A stretch of DNA of 64,000 nucleotides from Hyaloraphidium curvatum SAG 235-1. Its lineage: Eukaryota > Fungi > Monoblepharomycota. The stretch covers positions 124,001-188,000 of the forward strand of contig JAIVFI010000042.1 of NCBI GenBank assembly GCA_025558095.1, written 5' to 3'. The stretch's first letter is position 1. The number at the start of each line of letters is the position of its first letter. Below are positions 45,911-56,099 of the stretch, one piece after another. Under the pieces are notes generated by a model. The model was not told the DNA's origin, did no database searches, and was given only the letters and a program-made list of their open reading frames with translations. The translations under genes were made by a program, and so were the position numbers.

Positions 45911-48427
45911 TTACAGCCGTATCTCGTCCCTCTCCGCCCTTCCGTCGACCATCTCGAACCTTGCCATCAGCCTCCCCGTCGCCGCATCCATCCATCTGCG
46001 CTCGCGCCCGTACCGCTCCCCCGCCAGCATCCGGTCCACCGCGTCCGCCACGTCGCGGTAAACCACCCACTCCGTACGTCCGTGCAGCTCGATCACGATG
46101 TCGCAGGTCGGCCTGCCCGCCCGCTCCACCTGCGTCTTTTTGCCCAGCCCCAACCGCGACGCCGATGCGTCTCCGTGGATGACGGCCTGGAGGCCGCCGA
46201 CGAGGCCTGACAAGTCGGGGTTCGAGAGCACCGAGCCGAGGCTGCCATGCGCAGTCGCGACGAGCTGCACGCCGCGCTGCGAGATGGCCTTGGCCGAGGT
46301 GCACTCCTGCCGGTCACCGAGCTCGTCAATCACGACCACGTCGGGGGTGTCTGAAAAAAGGATGGCGATGCTGTTCAAGCGGCCCGTATCGAGCGAGGAC
46401 AGAGCGAGACGCACGGTTCTTGACGGCCTCGAGCATGATGTTGTACTGGTTCCGCCGGTCGCGCACCTGGAAGCGCCGGCACTGCCCTACAGCTGGATGG
46501 GGCACGTCGCCGTCGCCACCGATTTCGCACGAGGTGTCGACAATCATGGACCGCTTCCGCAGCACGGTGGAGACGAAGCGGCAGATGTCGCGGAGCAGCG
46601 TCGTTTTGCCCTGGCCTGTGTGCACGAGAGGTATCAGCGCCTGGCTTCACAGAACGACTGGCATGCAGCACAAACCGGGCCTGCCCAGGATGAGCACCGA
46701 CTTTCCCTCGTTCAGCACGTCCCCCAGCGCATCCGCGACCCCCTCCACCACCCGCGCGATCCGGATCGTCACCCCGACGGTCAACCCCTCCTTGTTCGGG
46801 ATCCGGCTGACGCGGTGGATGTGCCGGTCGATGCCGGCGCGGTTGTCGCTGCTGAATCTCATGGAGGCGACGGTGGCGGCCACGTCCTCGCGGGTGAGGA
46901 CGGTGCCAAAGCGGATCGGGTCGTCGGAGGGGGAGACGGTGTAAGCCTGCGCCTGCGAACCAAAGTCAAAGACGAGCTCCATGATGCTGGTCAGTGGCTG
47001 CGAAGCAGCCTCGAACGCCGCGACGAGGGATTCGCGCACGGCTTCGGGGAGCATGTCCAGGACAACGTCCAGGTCCGCGTCGACGCTGACGGCGACCGGG
47101 GCAGAAGCAGGCTTGCGATCGGAAGGACCCGCCGCGGACGCGGCGGCCTGCTCATCCTCATCTTCATCCTCCGGCCCCTCCGCAACCTCGGAAAACGGCG
47201 CGACCTCCTCGTACGTCGCCGTCCAGGCAGTCCGGTCCATCTCCACGACCAGGTCCCTGCCCCACGGCTTGCGCCTGCTCGCCGCCGTGAGTCTGTGCGA
47301 GTCGGCGCCCCGGTACTCGTCCGCGTAGCGCTCGCTTTTGAGCTCCGCCAACTTCTGCGCCGCGGCCGCGATCCGCTCCAGCAGCTTCTCCCGCGCCGGG
47401 ATCAAGTGCGCCACGTCCGCCGCCGCATATCCGAGCAACTTCGCCGCGAGCGGGTGTCGAATCCACAGATCCTCCGCCCCTGGGCCGTTCATCGCCTTGC
47501 GTACGTCCTTCTTGAACGGATTGGAGGGGAGCCCCACCGCGTCCAGCATCTCGTTCAGCCCGGGCTTCCTCCCCGCCCCGTCGGCCCGGTCCCCGCGCAA
47601 GGCGACGGCGGAAAACGCGTCGTCGCAAGACCACTCGGCCGCCTCGGCCTCCAGCTCGCGGAGCTGCAGGAGCAACGCCTGCGTGTCCGCGACCCCGGAG
47701 ATCCGGATGCCGAGCTGGCGGAAGGCGGCGTCGGCGTCGGCGCGGCCGTCGTGGAACACCTTGACCACCCCGCGGTCCTCCATGATCTCCTTGAGCGAGG
47801 AGAAGAGCCGCGAGCGGCGGTCCTCCGGGAAGCCGGCGGCCGCGACAAAGTCCAGGAGGAAGACGGCGGACGGCGTCGAAACCTGCCAAAGGCAGATCCG
47901 CCCGCCTGGCTCGAGATCCCCTTCGAGGTCGCAGCCGATGATCTTGGCCTGGCGAATGACAACTAGAGCAGATGACCAGAAGAGTTCCGTGTCCGCCAGG
48001 ACGGGCTCCGCGGGAACGGCCGGGTCCGGGGCCGCGCGCACGGCGCCGCCAACCGACACCGTGTCGCCGGGGGCCGGGCTCGGGTAGGGGGGCACGGCAG
48101 TAGGGCGCGCAGCAGGTGGTGGTTTTGAGCCCTTGTAGACGCCGACGAGGTCGATGGTGGGAATGTCCCTGTGCTTGGTCACGAAGATCCGACCCTTCAG
48201 CATCTCGCTGACGTTCTTGAGGAACGACCCTTTGACTTTGGCATAAAGAGCCGGGTTCCTGGACTTGACCAAGGTGCCCAAGCTGGAGAGGGTGTTGAGC
48301 TTTGTGCCATTGTTCGTGACCTCGTAGAGGAGCGCGAAGAGTTGGTCCTGGCGGAAAAGGAGGAGCATGAGGAACGACCACGACCATGGCACTTCGTGAC
48401 CCGAACCTCATCCGATACCGAGGACAT
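45911..48427 (-). CDS. Fusion: N-terminal HTH-like domain + DEDDy 3'-5' exonuclease (Egalitarian/EXD1-like) + Ycf45/SpoIIIAA-type P-loop ATPase
   Basis: Exo motifs GCDLEG, FHDGRADA, DTQ, YAAADV. ATPase 'FSSDNRAGIDRHIHRVSRI', spliced Walker A GRPG|QGKTT, 'VDTSCEIGGDGDVPH', 'N|HTPDVVVIDE', 'VATAHG'. Three introns. Confidence 0.88.
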
Positions 48428-51131
48428 GGCGAACGTCCGAATAAAGTTAACCGGGAGCACGAACCGAGCCCTCACCGTGCGTGCCGGACACAACCCGGAC
48501 AAACGGTCGCTCCTCTGGTTCTGAGACGGGTCCAGGGTCCCGAGCTAGCAACCGTAGCAAACCCACATCCCCGGCAGCCTCCGCGGCAAGACGGCCCTCG
48601 ATCCAGCGCGGGGCGATTTGGGGTGGGCCGGGCCGGCCGCGGGCGGCGGTGGCGGCGGCGATGCGGCCCTCGCGCCCGGCGCCGACGCGCAGCTCCTCGA
48701 CGCGTTCGTCGCGTCCCTGCCGCCGGGCTCGTGGGCGATCCACGTGGCCGCGTACCGCGAGTGCCTGGAGGTCCAGCAGGACGGCACGGCGGGAAGCCCG
48801 GGGCTCGCCCAGGCGGACCCGCGGTGGGCCGCCCTATATCGCTCTCCCATTCTCGTGGCCACCGTGCGCTGGTTGGGGGCCCGGGCCGTGCTCGACAGGG
48901 ACGGCGACCCGGACGGCGCCTCGCTCTCGCCGGGGACGCGGCTGGGCACCCTGGTCGCCGTGCTGGAGCGGCTGTGGGAGGCACTTCTGGAGGGAGAGCT
49001 GGCCCGGTTCTGGGCCGAAGCGGAGGCTGCAGGGGCCCGTCGAGAGGACGTGGAGCGGCGTGGAAGCCTCACATCGCTCGAAAAAGTTGCCGGGTCCGGA
49101 GACGTGCCGGCGTGGGACCCCGAGATCGCCGGGCGGCTGCAGACGATGGAGAACCTCGCCCTCGAGTGGAGCCTGTGCGTCGTCGCCGTCTTCGTGGACC
49201 TGCACCTCTCCCGCGCCGTCTCGTCGCGCGCCCTGCTCCGCCAGGTCGCCGCCATGATGCGCGTGGTCCGCGTTCCCGGGGAGGACCGCCTACCCGCGCA
49301 GCTCGCCACCTTTGACGACTTCTTCTTCAGCCAGCAATGGGTGAACTGTTTCTGGATGCTGGTAGTGAGCGAGCTCTGGTTTGCCGCCAGCACCGACACC
49401 GAGCCCTTGCTGGACCCCGTCGCCGAGTTCCCCTCGGTGCCGTACCTCATGCGCCCCGGCCTGGTCGCCTCGGTCCCCGCGCCGTCGGGCCGCCCGCGCG
49501 GGATCCCCGTCCCGGAGCGCATCCTCTCCATCCGCCGCATCACCTGCCGCGAGTACCTCGGCCTGGTGGACCCGGTGCGGAGCACCACGCTCCCCGCCGA
49601 AGACCAGGAGACCTTGCTCGCGGGCACAGTGGGCCGGATCGCCCAGCTGGGCCCGCTGCCGCTCCGCATCCTGCTAAACTATGCGGTGCTCAAGACCGCG
49701 CAGCTCAAGTCGTGGGCGCGGGCGCGGGGGCTTTCGGTGTTTGACGTGCTGGTCGCCGAGCACGCGCTCGAGTCGGGGCCCGCGGCGGGGACCACGGGGT
49801 CCGAAGTGCGCTACCTCCGCCGCCTGGCCGCCAACCCGCACCTGCCAGAGGCGATAAGGCGGCGGCGGTTCGTGCTGCGCGCCGTGGAGCGGGTCGAAGG
49901 GAAGCTGCCGCCCGGCTTGGCTAAGGCGGCGCGAGACGCCGATTTCGACGCGTTCGCGGCGGAGCTGCCGGAGATGGGGCCCGAGGGGCAGCAGATGGTA
50001 CTCGCATCGCTGCTCACGATGCGGCTGGCGTGCATGCTGCTGGGGTCCCCGGAACCTTTCGCGGACCTGCGGCCCGGTGGGGAGGAAGCGGACAGCCCTT
50101 CCCGTGCACCCGACGTCGAGCACCCGGCCTACAACGAGCAAGTGGAAGACCTTCCCGATGACGCCTCCTCCCTCCTTGGCCTGTCCGACGTCTCCGCGGA
50201 CCCCGACCCGCCCTCAGAGTCGGACGCATCCAGCGACGCCGATCTTCGCCTGCTGGAGCTGTGGTTCGCCACCCCCGCCTTCACCTCCGCCTCGCGCGAC
50301 GCCATCTCCATCTCGGCCTGGGCGCGGCTGCTCCCCTCGCGCTTCACCGCGGCGCAGCTCCGCGCGTCCCCGTTCGCCTCCATAGCATGCAACGCCGCCG
50401 TGCTGGCCGCGTGGTTCCACCTCCTCGTCCTGCGCCGGTTCTCCGCGATCGCCGTGCGCGCGCCCGCGGCGCTGCAGGCCCGCGCGCTGGAGCTGCACGG
50501 GGACATCCTGTCGGACGTGCACGCGTGCCTGGAGCTCCTGGACGCCTCGGGCCGCCCGGGGCACGCGGCGTCGGCGGGGCTGCTCCGCTCCGTGCTCGAA
50601 GGGGAAGGCGACGGGCTCAGCAGGGCGGATTTGCAGATCCTGCGCACGGCGAGGCAGGTCGTGGGACGGTGCCCGCACCTCGCTGGAGGGGACGCCGATG
50701 GGACGTGCTGGGTGTGCGCGGCGGGGAGGGCGGGACGGCTCCGTGGAGAAGGGGACGAAGCGGGGGGCGAGGATGCCGGGGATCCGCTGGCAAGGGTGGC
50801 GGGGTACGGGCTCGCGCGGGCCGACAGCGCCGAGGGGGTCTTGTCGGATGCGACGGCGAGGGTGGTCACCCCCGAAAGCTCGCTGGCGGCATCGTCGGCC
50901 TCGGGGAGCGCCACCGCTGCCGGCCCCAGGAGGGTGCGGTTCGCGGACGCGGCGGATGTTTTCGAGACCTATTCCAAGGAGGAGTACCCGGCGAGGTCGA
51001 TGCTGGCGGCGGACCACCCGGAGGACGCGGTGCGGGATCCGGGGGCGGACATGGGGGTGATGCCGCTGGCGGTGATGCTGGAGCAGCGGACGAGAGACGG
51101 GATGCCGAACCTTAGGGTGTATTGGAGTTAG
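48426..51131 (+). CDS. Fungal-TF-domain-like large protein with C-terminal PP1-docking-like motif
   Basis: Open frame 48558-51131 with 'LLDAFVASLPPGSWAIH', a CxH...CxxC motif and RRVRF...VFETYSKEEY. The start is uncertain; the candidate is exon 1 at 48426-48476 spliced to 48558. Confidence 0.65.
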
Positions 51132-51241
51132 CACGCCTTCCCTGCAGTGGGAATGTGATTGAGATCCTGGCACCCAGCCCGACAGGGTCGACGGAGTCGC
51201 CGGAATCGAGAGATTGCAAGATCGCATCGGAGCCGTCAATT

Positions 51242-51801
51242 CTACGGCGGGCCGTACCGAATCGGCGGCGGCCCGTCCCACGCGGCGTGGTGTTCTGCCG
51301 CCGGCCGCGCATCCAGGTTCCCATCCGTCCCGGGCCCGCGGCTCCGTCTCGAAGCCCCCCACATCGCCGCGTCCGCCAACGGGTCCGTCCCTCCCTCCCG
51401 ATCTCCGACCCCGGTCCCGCTGTCCGATCCGTGCCCGGCAACCCTGGCCATGCACAGGCAGAGGTAGCACTCGCCCTCCTCCCCGACATCGCTGCAGTGC
51501 GCGCACCCGGCCACCACGCTCGCCGCCCTCCTGAGCACGCGCACCCCCGCGGGCCCGATCGCGGCGCCGTCGGGGTCCCCGTCCAGGGCGCCGCGGCGTC
51601 CCCGCGGAGCCCCTGCTCCCGGGGGCGGCGGCGCAGCAGCAGGAGGGGGAACAGGGCGCCGTGCACGGCGGCGGTGCAGAGGAAGGAAGCGCGCGAGCGC
51701 TCAAGCCCCGGCGCCTTGGCCGGCGCGGCCCTCAGCACCGCGTCCGCAAGGAACGCGGCCGCCGCAGGCGTGAGCGGCGGCTCCCGCGGCGCACAGGTCA
51801 T
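51242..51801 (-). pseudogene. Truncated, frameshifted fragment paralogous to the C-terminal part of the 48426-51131 protein
   Basis: 'RASFLCTAAVHGALFPLLLLRR' aligns with 'FASIACNAAVLAAWFHLLVLRR'. 'VLRRAASVVAGCAHC...GECYLC' aligns with 'ILRTARQVVGRCPHL...GTCWVC'. The two blocks are in different frames. Confidence 0.5.
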
Positions 51802-52050
51802 GGCGATGCGAGGTCGGGTTCTCTGATCGGGTCCGCGTCCCACATCGCCGGATCGACTTTGCCACAGGGTCTGGATGACCGCGAATCCCCAAGGACGCAT
51901 CGATCGGCTGAACCTTGCATCTTCGAGTGCAGGCGGCCGAGACGAGAACCGAACGGGCTCTCGGGACTATCGCACGTCATCCAATTCGCTCCAATACGAC
52001 AAATTTCCAGTTCCACACGCAAGTGTTTGCTATGGCTGTCCCATTGCTGC

Positions 52051-54235
52051 TCAGATCTTGTGCTTCGAGGGCGCTATAGCAACGAACAGTCAGCTCTTCT
52101 TCCCACGAGGCGATCCCGGCAAGCCCTCACTTTCGCACCGCACCACCCGGCCCGGCAGCTCCCCGGTCGGCACCCCTTTCCGGTACGTGACCTTTCCGCT
52201 GACGATCGTCGCCTCGTATCCGTCCGCGCGCTGCATCAGCCTCCTCCCGCCCGACGGCAGGTCGCTGATGATCTCGGGGATCTTGATCGCCAGCGCGTCG
52301 AGGTCGATGACGTTGACGTCGGCCTTGAGCCCCGGCCGGAGGACGCCGCGGTCGGTCAGGCCGATCGAGAGCGCCGTGTCGCTGGTCAGGCGGCGGACGA
52401 TCTCCTCGATCGGCTTCCCGGCCTTCTTGACCCAGTGCGTGAGCGAGAAGCTCTGGAAAGACCTGCAAAAGAGGGGTGTGGTCAGGAGTGATCAGCTGGG
52501 AGGGTGCGGGAAACCCGTACGCGTCCATAATCATGCCTTGAACGAACGAAAGGTGTGAGGAACGTATTCATATCCTGCCCCGCACTGCACCCACCGACGT
52601 GCGCTCCGCCATCAGAAAGTCCCATGATGGCGTTCCGGTTGTTGAGGTATTCCTCGGCCGCGTCGAAGTTGTACTTGTCAAAGTTGGCGAGCGGGCAGTA
52701 CAGGAAGTCGCGTCCGTTGTTCTCCAGCAGCATGTCTGGCTGCGGCGTCAGGATCCAATGCGGGAACGCGCTCGGACGCGGCCGCTCACCGTAGGCCACT
52801 TCCTCGGGGCGCTTGCCCGCGCGCTCGGCGATGGCCGCGACGGAATCCTCGGCGTTCGGGTGGTAGTTCGGCGGGTCCGTGAGGCGGAACATGCGGTTGA
52901 ACTTGAGCAGCGGGATCAGCGGGTGGGTCGCGTTCTTGATGCGGTCCTCCGACAGGATCCTCCTGCGCCTCTCGGGGTCCTTCATGGCGACCACGCGCTG
53001 CTCGGGGGCGAGGTGCGCGATCTCTTTGTAGCTGGGGCAGCCGCCGAAGGGCGTCTGGGAGCCGAGAAGGCCGAGGAGGACGCCGACGGCGCGGGGAGGG
53101 AAGACGGGGCGGATGTTGACGCCGTCGGCGGCGGCCGCGTCGGCAAGCTGGACCAGTTTGCGCCACCTGTTGCTGGGGTCGTCGTGCCCCTGGGCGGAGA
53201 GGAAGGTCGCGGGCCGGCCCGACCGCTCGACCATCTTGCGGATGAGCTTGAACTCGCTGTCTGCGCTTTCGGCGGAATCGATGAAGTCGCTGTTGACCTC
53301 GATGATGCCCGCGCCCGCGTCCTTGAGACCGAGCGCCATCCCCACGAGCTCGTCCTCCAGCGCCCGGTAGGTTGGGATCGTGTCGCCCTTGCTCGACTTG
53401 TGAACGAGGTTGCGCGTCGTGCTGAAGCCAAAGGCGCCGGCTTTTACCGCGTCGGCAATGATCTTGCGCATCTGCTCGACGTCGCGGGGCTGGGCGGGCT
53501 CGAGGTTGACCGCGCGATCCCCTGTGCGACGGCAGCGATATCAGTGACTTGAACAGCACCAGATGGGCTAGTCCGAAGGATTCTCACCCATGACGTAGAC
53601 CCGCACCGCAGCGTGCGGCACCAGCGCGCAAATGTCAATGTCGTGCGGCCTCTCGTCGATCTTGTCCAGGTACTCGGCGAAAGTCTCCCACGAAAAGTCA
53701 AGCCCGTCAGCCAAAACTGACTCCGGAATGTCCTCCACCCCTTCCATGAGCTCGATGAGCTTGCCGGCCTGTTCCTTGCGGACGGGGGCGAAGCCGACGC
53801 CGCAGTTGCCCATGACGGCGGTGGTCACGCCGTGCAGGGACGAGGGGTTCAGCCGCGAGTCCCACACGGCCTGAGCGTCATCTGCGGAGCCCAGTTGAGC
53901 GAGCGACGGGGACTCGAGGTTAGGCAGGACGTACAGTGGGTGTGGACATCTGGAAAGGCGGAGTGAGGACACCAATCGAACGAGGCCCCAGTTCTACCCA
54001 CCGACGAAACCGGGGGTGACGAACTTCCCCTTGGCGTCAATCTCCTCCTTGCCGCGCGGGAGCCCCTGCCCGACCGCCGAGATTTTGCCCCCCGAAATGG
54101 CGACGTCGGCCGGGAAAGCCGGCGCGCCGGTGCCGTCCACCACGAGCCCGCCGCGGATGACCTGCGCCCCCGCGGGCCGTCAGCGGAGTCCAGCGGATAA
54201 AGCGGAGGACGCACGAGGTCCGGTTGCGAGGCCAT
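52051..54235 (-). CDS. N-acyl-D-amino-acid deacylase (D-aminoacylase)-family amidohydrolase, multi-exon
   Basis: 'IRGGLVVDGTGAP', 'PGFV|DVHTHY|DAQ', 'HGVTTAVMGNCGVGFAP', 'GLSDGGAHV', 'DRGVLRPGLKADVNVID', 'TGELPGR'. The last exon is tentative. Confidence 0.9.
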
Positions 54236-54386
54236 TGCTGTCAGCGACGGTGGGGTGGATGGTGGTTTGGGAGACGGCGCGCCGCGGCGCCACGCGCCGC
54301 CACTGGCGGTGGCAAACATTCAGCGGAGAAGAATCGGACGGCTTCTCGTTTGGAAGGCAAAAGTCTGTTGCATGGAGGTCCAGCAA

Positions 54387-55943
54387 TCACCCCGGACACA
54401 CCGTCTGTATCGTCAGCGCAACGCCGAAACCCCTCATGGCGCCCAGTACCGCGAACCCGACCGTGATCGCAGCGACGAGCACCCCCCTCGCCGTTCCGTA
54501 TCCCACTGGCTGCCCCAGCACCCTGGCCCTGCTCGCGCCGGCCGAAGCCGCGGCCAGTTCTAGCAGCCGCGCGTGGGCTTCCAGCGCCGCCGCGGCCCGC
54601 GGGTCCGGGCTGTGGAGCGCCGAGGCGGCGAGGATGCGGCGGGCGGCCGCAGCGGCGCCGAGACACAGCGTCGAGGTGTCTTCCGCGACCGAATTGAAGG
54701 CCGAGACGATGAGGATGGAGCGGATCACCATGCCCAGGACAAAGGCGGCAGTTGCGATCTGGAACGCAGCAACGCAGCGGCCCGCGGCCAGGTTCATCAC
54801 GAGCGTGATGAGGAGGATGACGCCGGAGAATAGAACGAAGCGGCGTTCCAAGGATAGGTAGACGAATCGATGCGACCAGTCGACCGAAAGGAGCCGCAAC
54901 AACTTCACGTGGAGCTCAGTGCTGGGTTTCAGCACTGCGTCGGCGCCTTCGCCCCGTAGCAGGAAGGAGCGGTAGCGGCGCAAGAAAGAGCGTAAAGAGG
55001 CCGAAAGCGCCCGATACGCAACACGCCGCACGAAGAAAGCCGACGGAAGCATGAATACTGCCCTTTCCCGGACCGAGTAGGTGAGCCCGTAGCCCACCAC
55101 CAAGTAGATGACTGCAAAGATACCGCCAACAGCACCCCAGGAAGGCCAGAACTGTGAAGCCAGCTCGATTGCCGGAGTCCAGAGGATGAAGAGCAGAATG
55201 ACCCCGCCGCAGACAGTGTCCAACCCGGCGTCCAGCAGCCTGGCGAGCGCATCGTCCCGTAGCACGGATCCTGCGCACCCAGCAGCAGGGCACGGGCACC
55301 GCACGTCGGCCTCATCGTGCTGAAGAAGCACGAACGCAGGCGGATCGGGTTGGACGCCGGCCTCGGGATTCTCGACGTCCGCTTTGCGACCGCGCTCCCG
55401 CACGTCGCTCAGCTCCCGCAGCTGCAGCCAACGCATCACTGGCGAGAGCGACAGCGTGTCGTAGGGGTTCGGCCCCCTGTTCACGATCGCCGAGACGCGG
55501 CCCCGCCTCAGGCTCGCGGCTAGCATCCCCCAGCCATAGGAGATCAAGAACTGCAGCGCCACGATGCCTGCCGCAACCAGGCCCACGGCCAGCGCCGGCT
55601 GCGGGAAACGGGACGGCGGCGCATTGGCGGCGGTCCACGCCAGCGCGGCCAGAATGGGCAGGGCGAGCAAGTGCGCCAACGGAAAGAGCACGCCGACACG
55701 CGGGAATCTCGCGCCGAATCGAAAGAGCGCGGCCATCGCCGGCAGATTCGCGGCGTCGAACGCGGCGGCGAACGCGGCGGCGGAAAGCGGGTCCGCAGCG
55801 CGTGCCTCCGCCGCGGGGTCCGCGGGCGCGTCATCCGCAGGACGGGGACCCGCACCCCGCGGCGCCTCGGGGAACAATACGAGCCATTCGGCAGGCGCGA
55901 GCGAGGTGGCCTCGGGCCCCGGCGTGGGCTCGTCGTCGTCCAT
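54387..55943 (-). CDS. 7-TM membrane protein family paralog 2 (intronless), possible GRL/7TMIC fold
   Basis: 518-aa ORF with seven hydrophobic segments, 'MRWLQLREL...HDEADVRCPCPAAGCAG', 'LWTP', and C-terminal 'ARVLGQPVGYG...AMRGFGVALTIQTVCPG'. Confidence 0.85.
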   Translation of the reverse strand: MDDDEPTPGPEATSLAPAEWLVLFPEAPRGAGPRPADDAPADPAAEARAADPLSAAAFAAAFDAANLPAMAALFRFGARFPRVGVLFPLAHLLALPILAALAWTAANAPPSRFPQPALAVGLVAAGIVALQFLISYGWGMLAASLRRGRVSAIVNRGPNPYDTLSLSPVMRWLQLRELSDVRERGRKADVENPEAGVQPDPPAFVLLQHDEADVRCPCPAAGCAGSVLRDDALARLLDAGLDTVCGGVILLFILWTPAIELASQFWPSWGAVGGIFAVIYLVVGYGLTYSVRERAVFMLPSAFFVRRVAYRALSASLRSFLRRYRSFLLRGEGADAVLKPSTELHVKLLRLLSVDWSHRFVYLSLERRFVLFSGVILLITLVMNLAAGRCVAAFQIATAAFVLGMVIRSILIVSAFNSVAEDTSTLCLGAAAAARRILAASALHSPDPRAAAALEAHARLLELAAASAGASRARVLGQPVGYGTARGVLVAAITVGFAVLGAMRGFGVALTIQTVCPG

Positions 55944-56099
55944 CGCTGTGGCAAGTCAATTGCCGCGCTCGCCGCCGCCCGCCGTATGTGCAGATCTTGA
56001 TTTATCTTGAGCAGGCGTTCGCTGCAGCAACGTTGTCTACCTCTATCGCTTTGGAGGAGAGCGTTGGTATCAAATGTAGAACATGTCTTGCTATCGCGG

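Noticed and set aside
27831-47966. Other long antisense ORFs (27831-29411, 33578-35185, 46098-47966 and similar)
   Set aside because: They mirror well-supported genes on the other strand; stop codons are scarce at this GC content.
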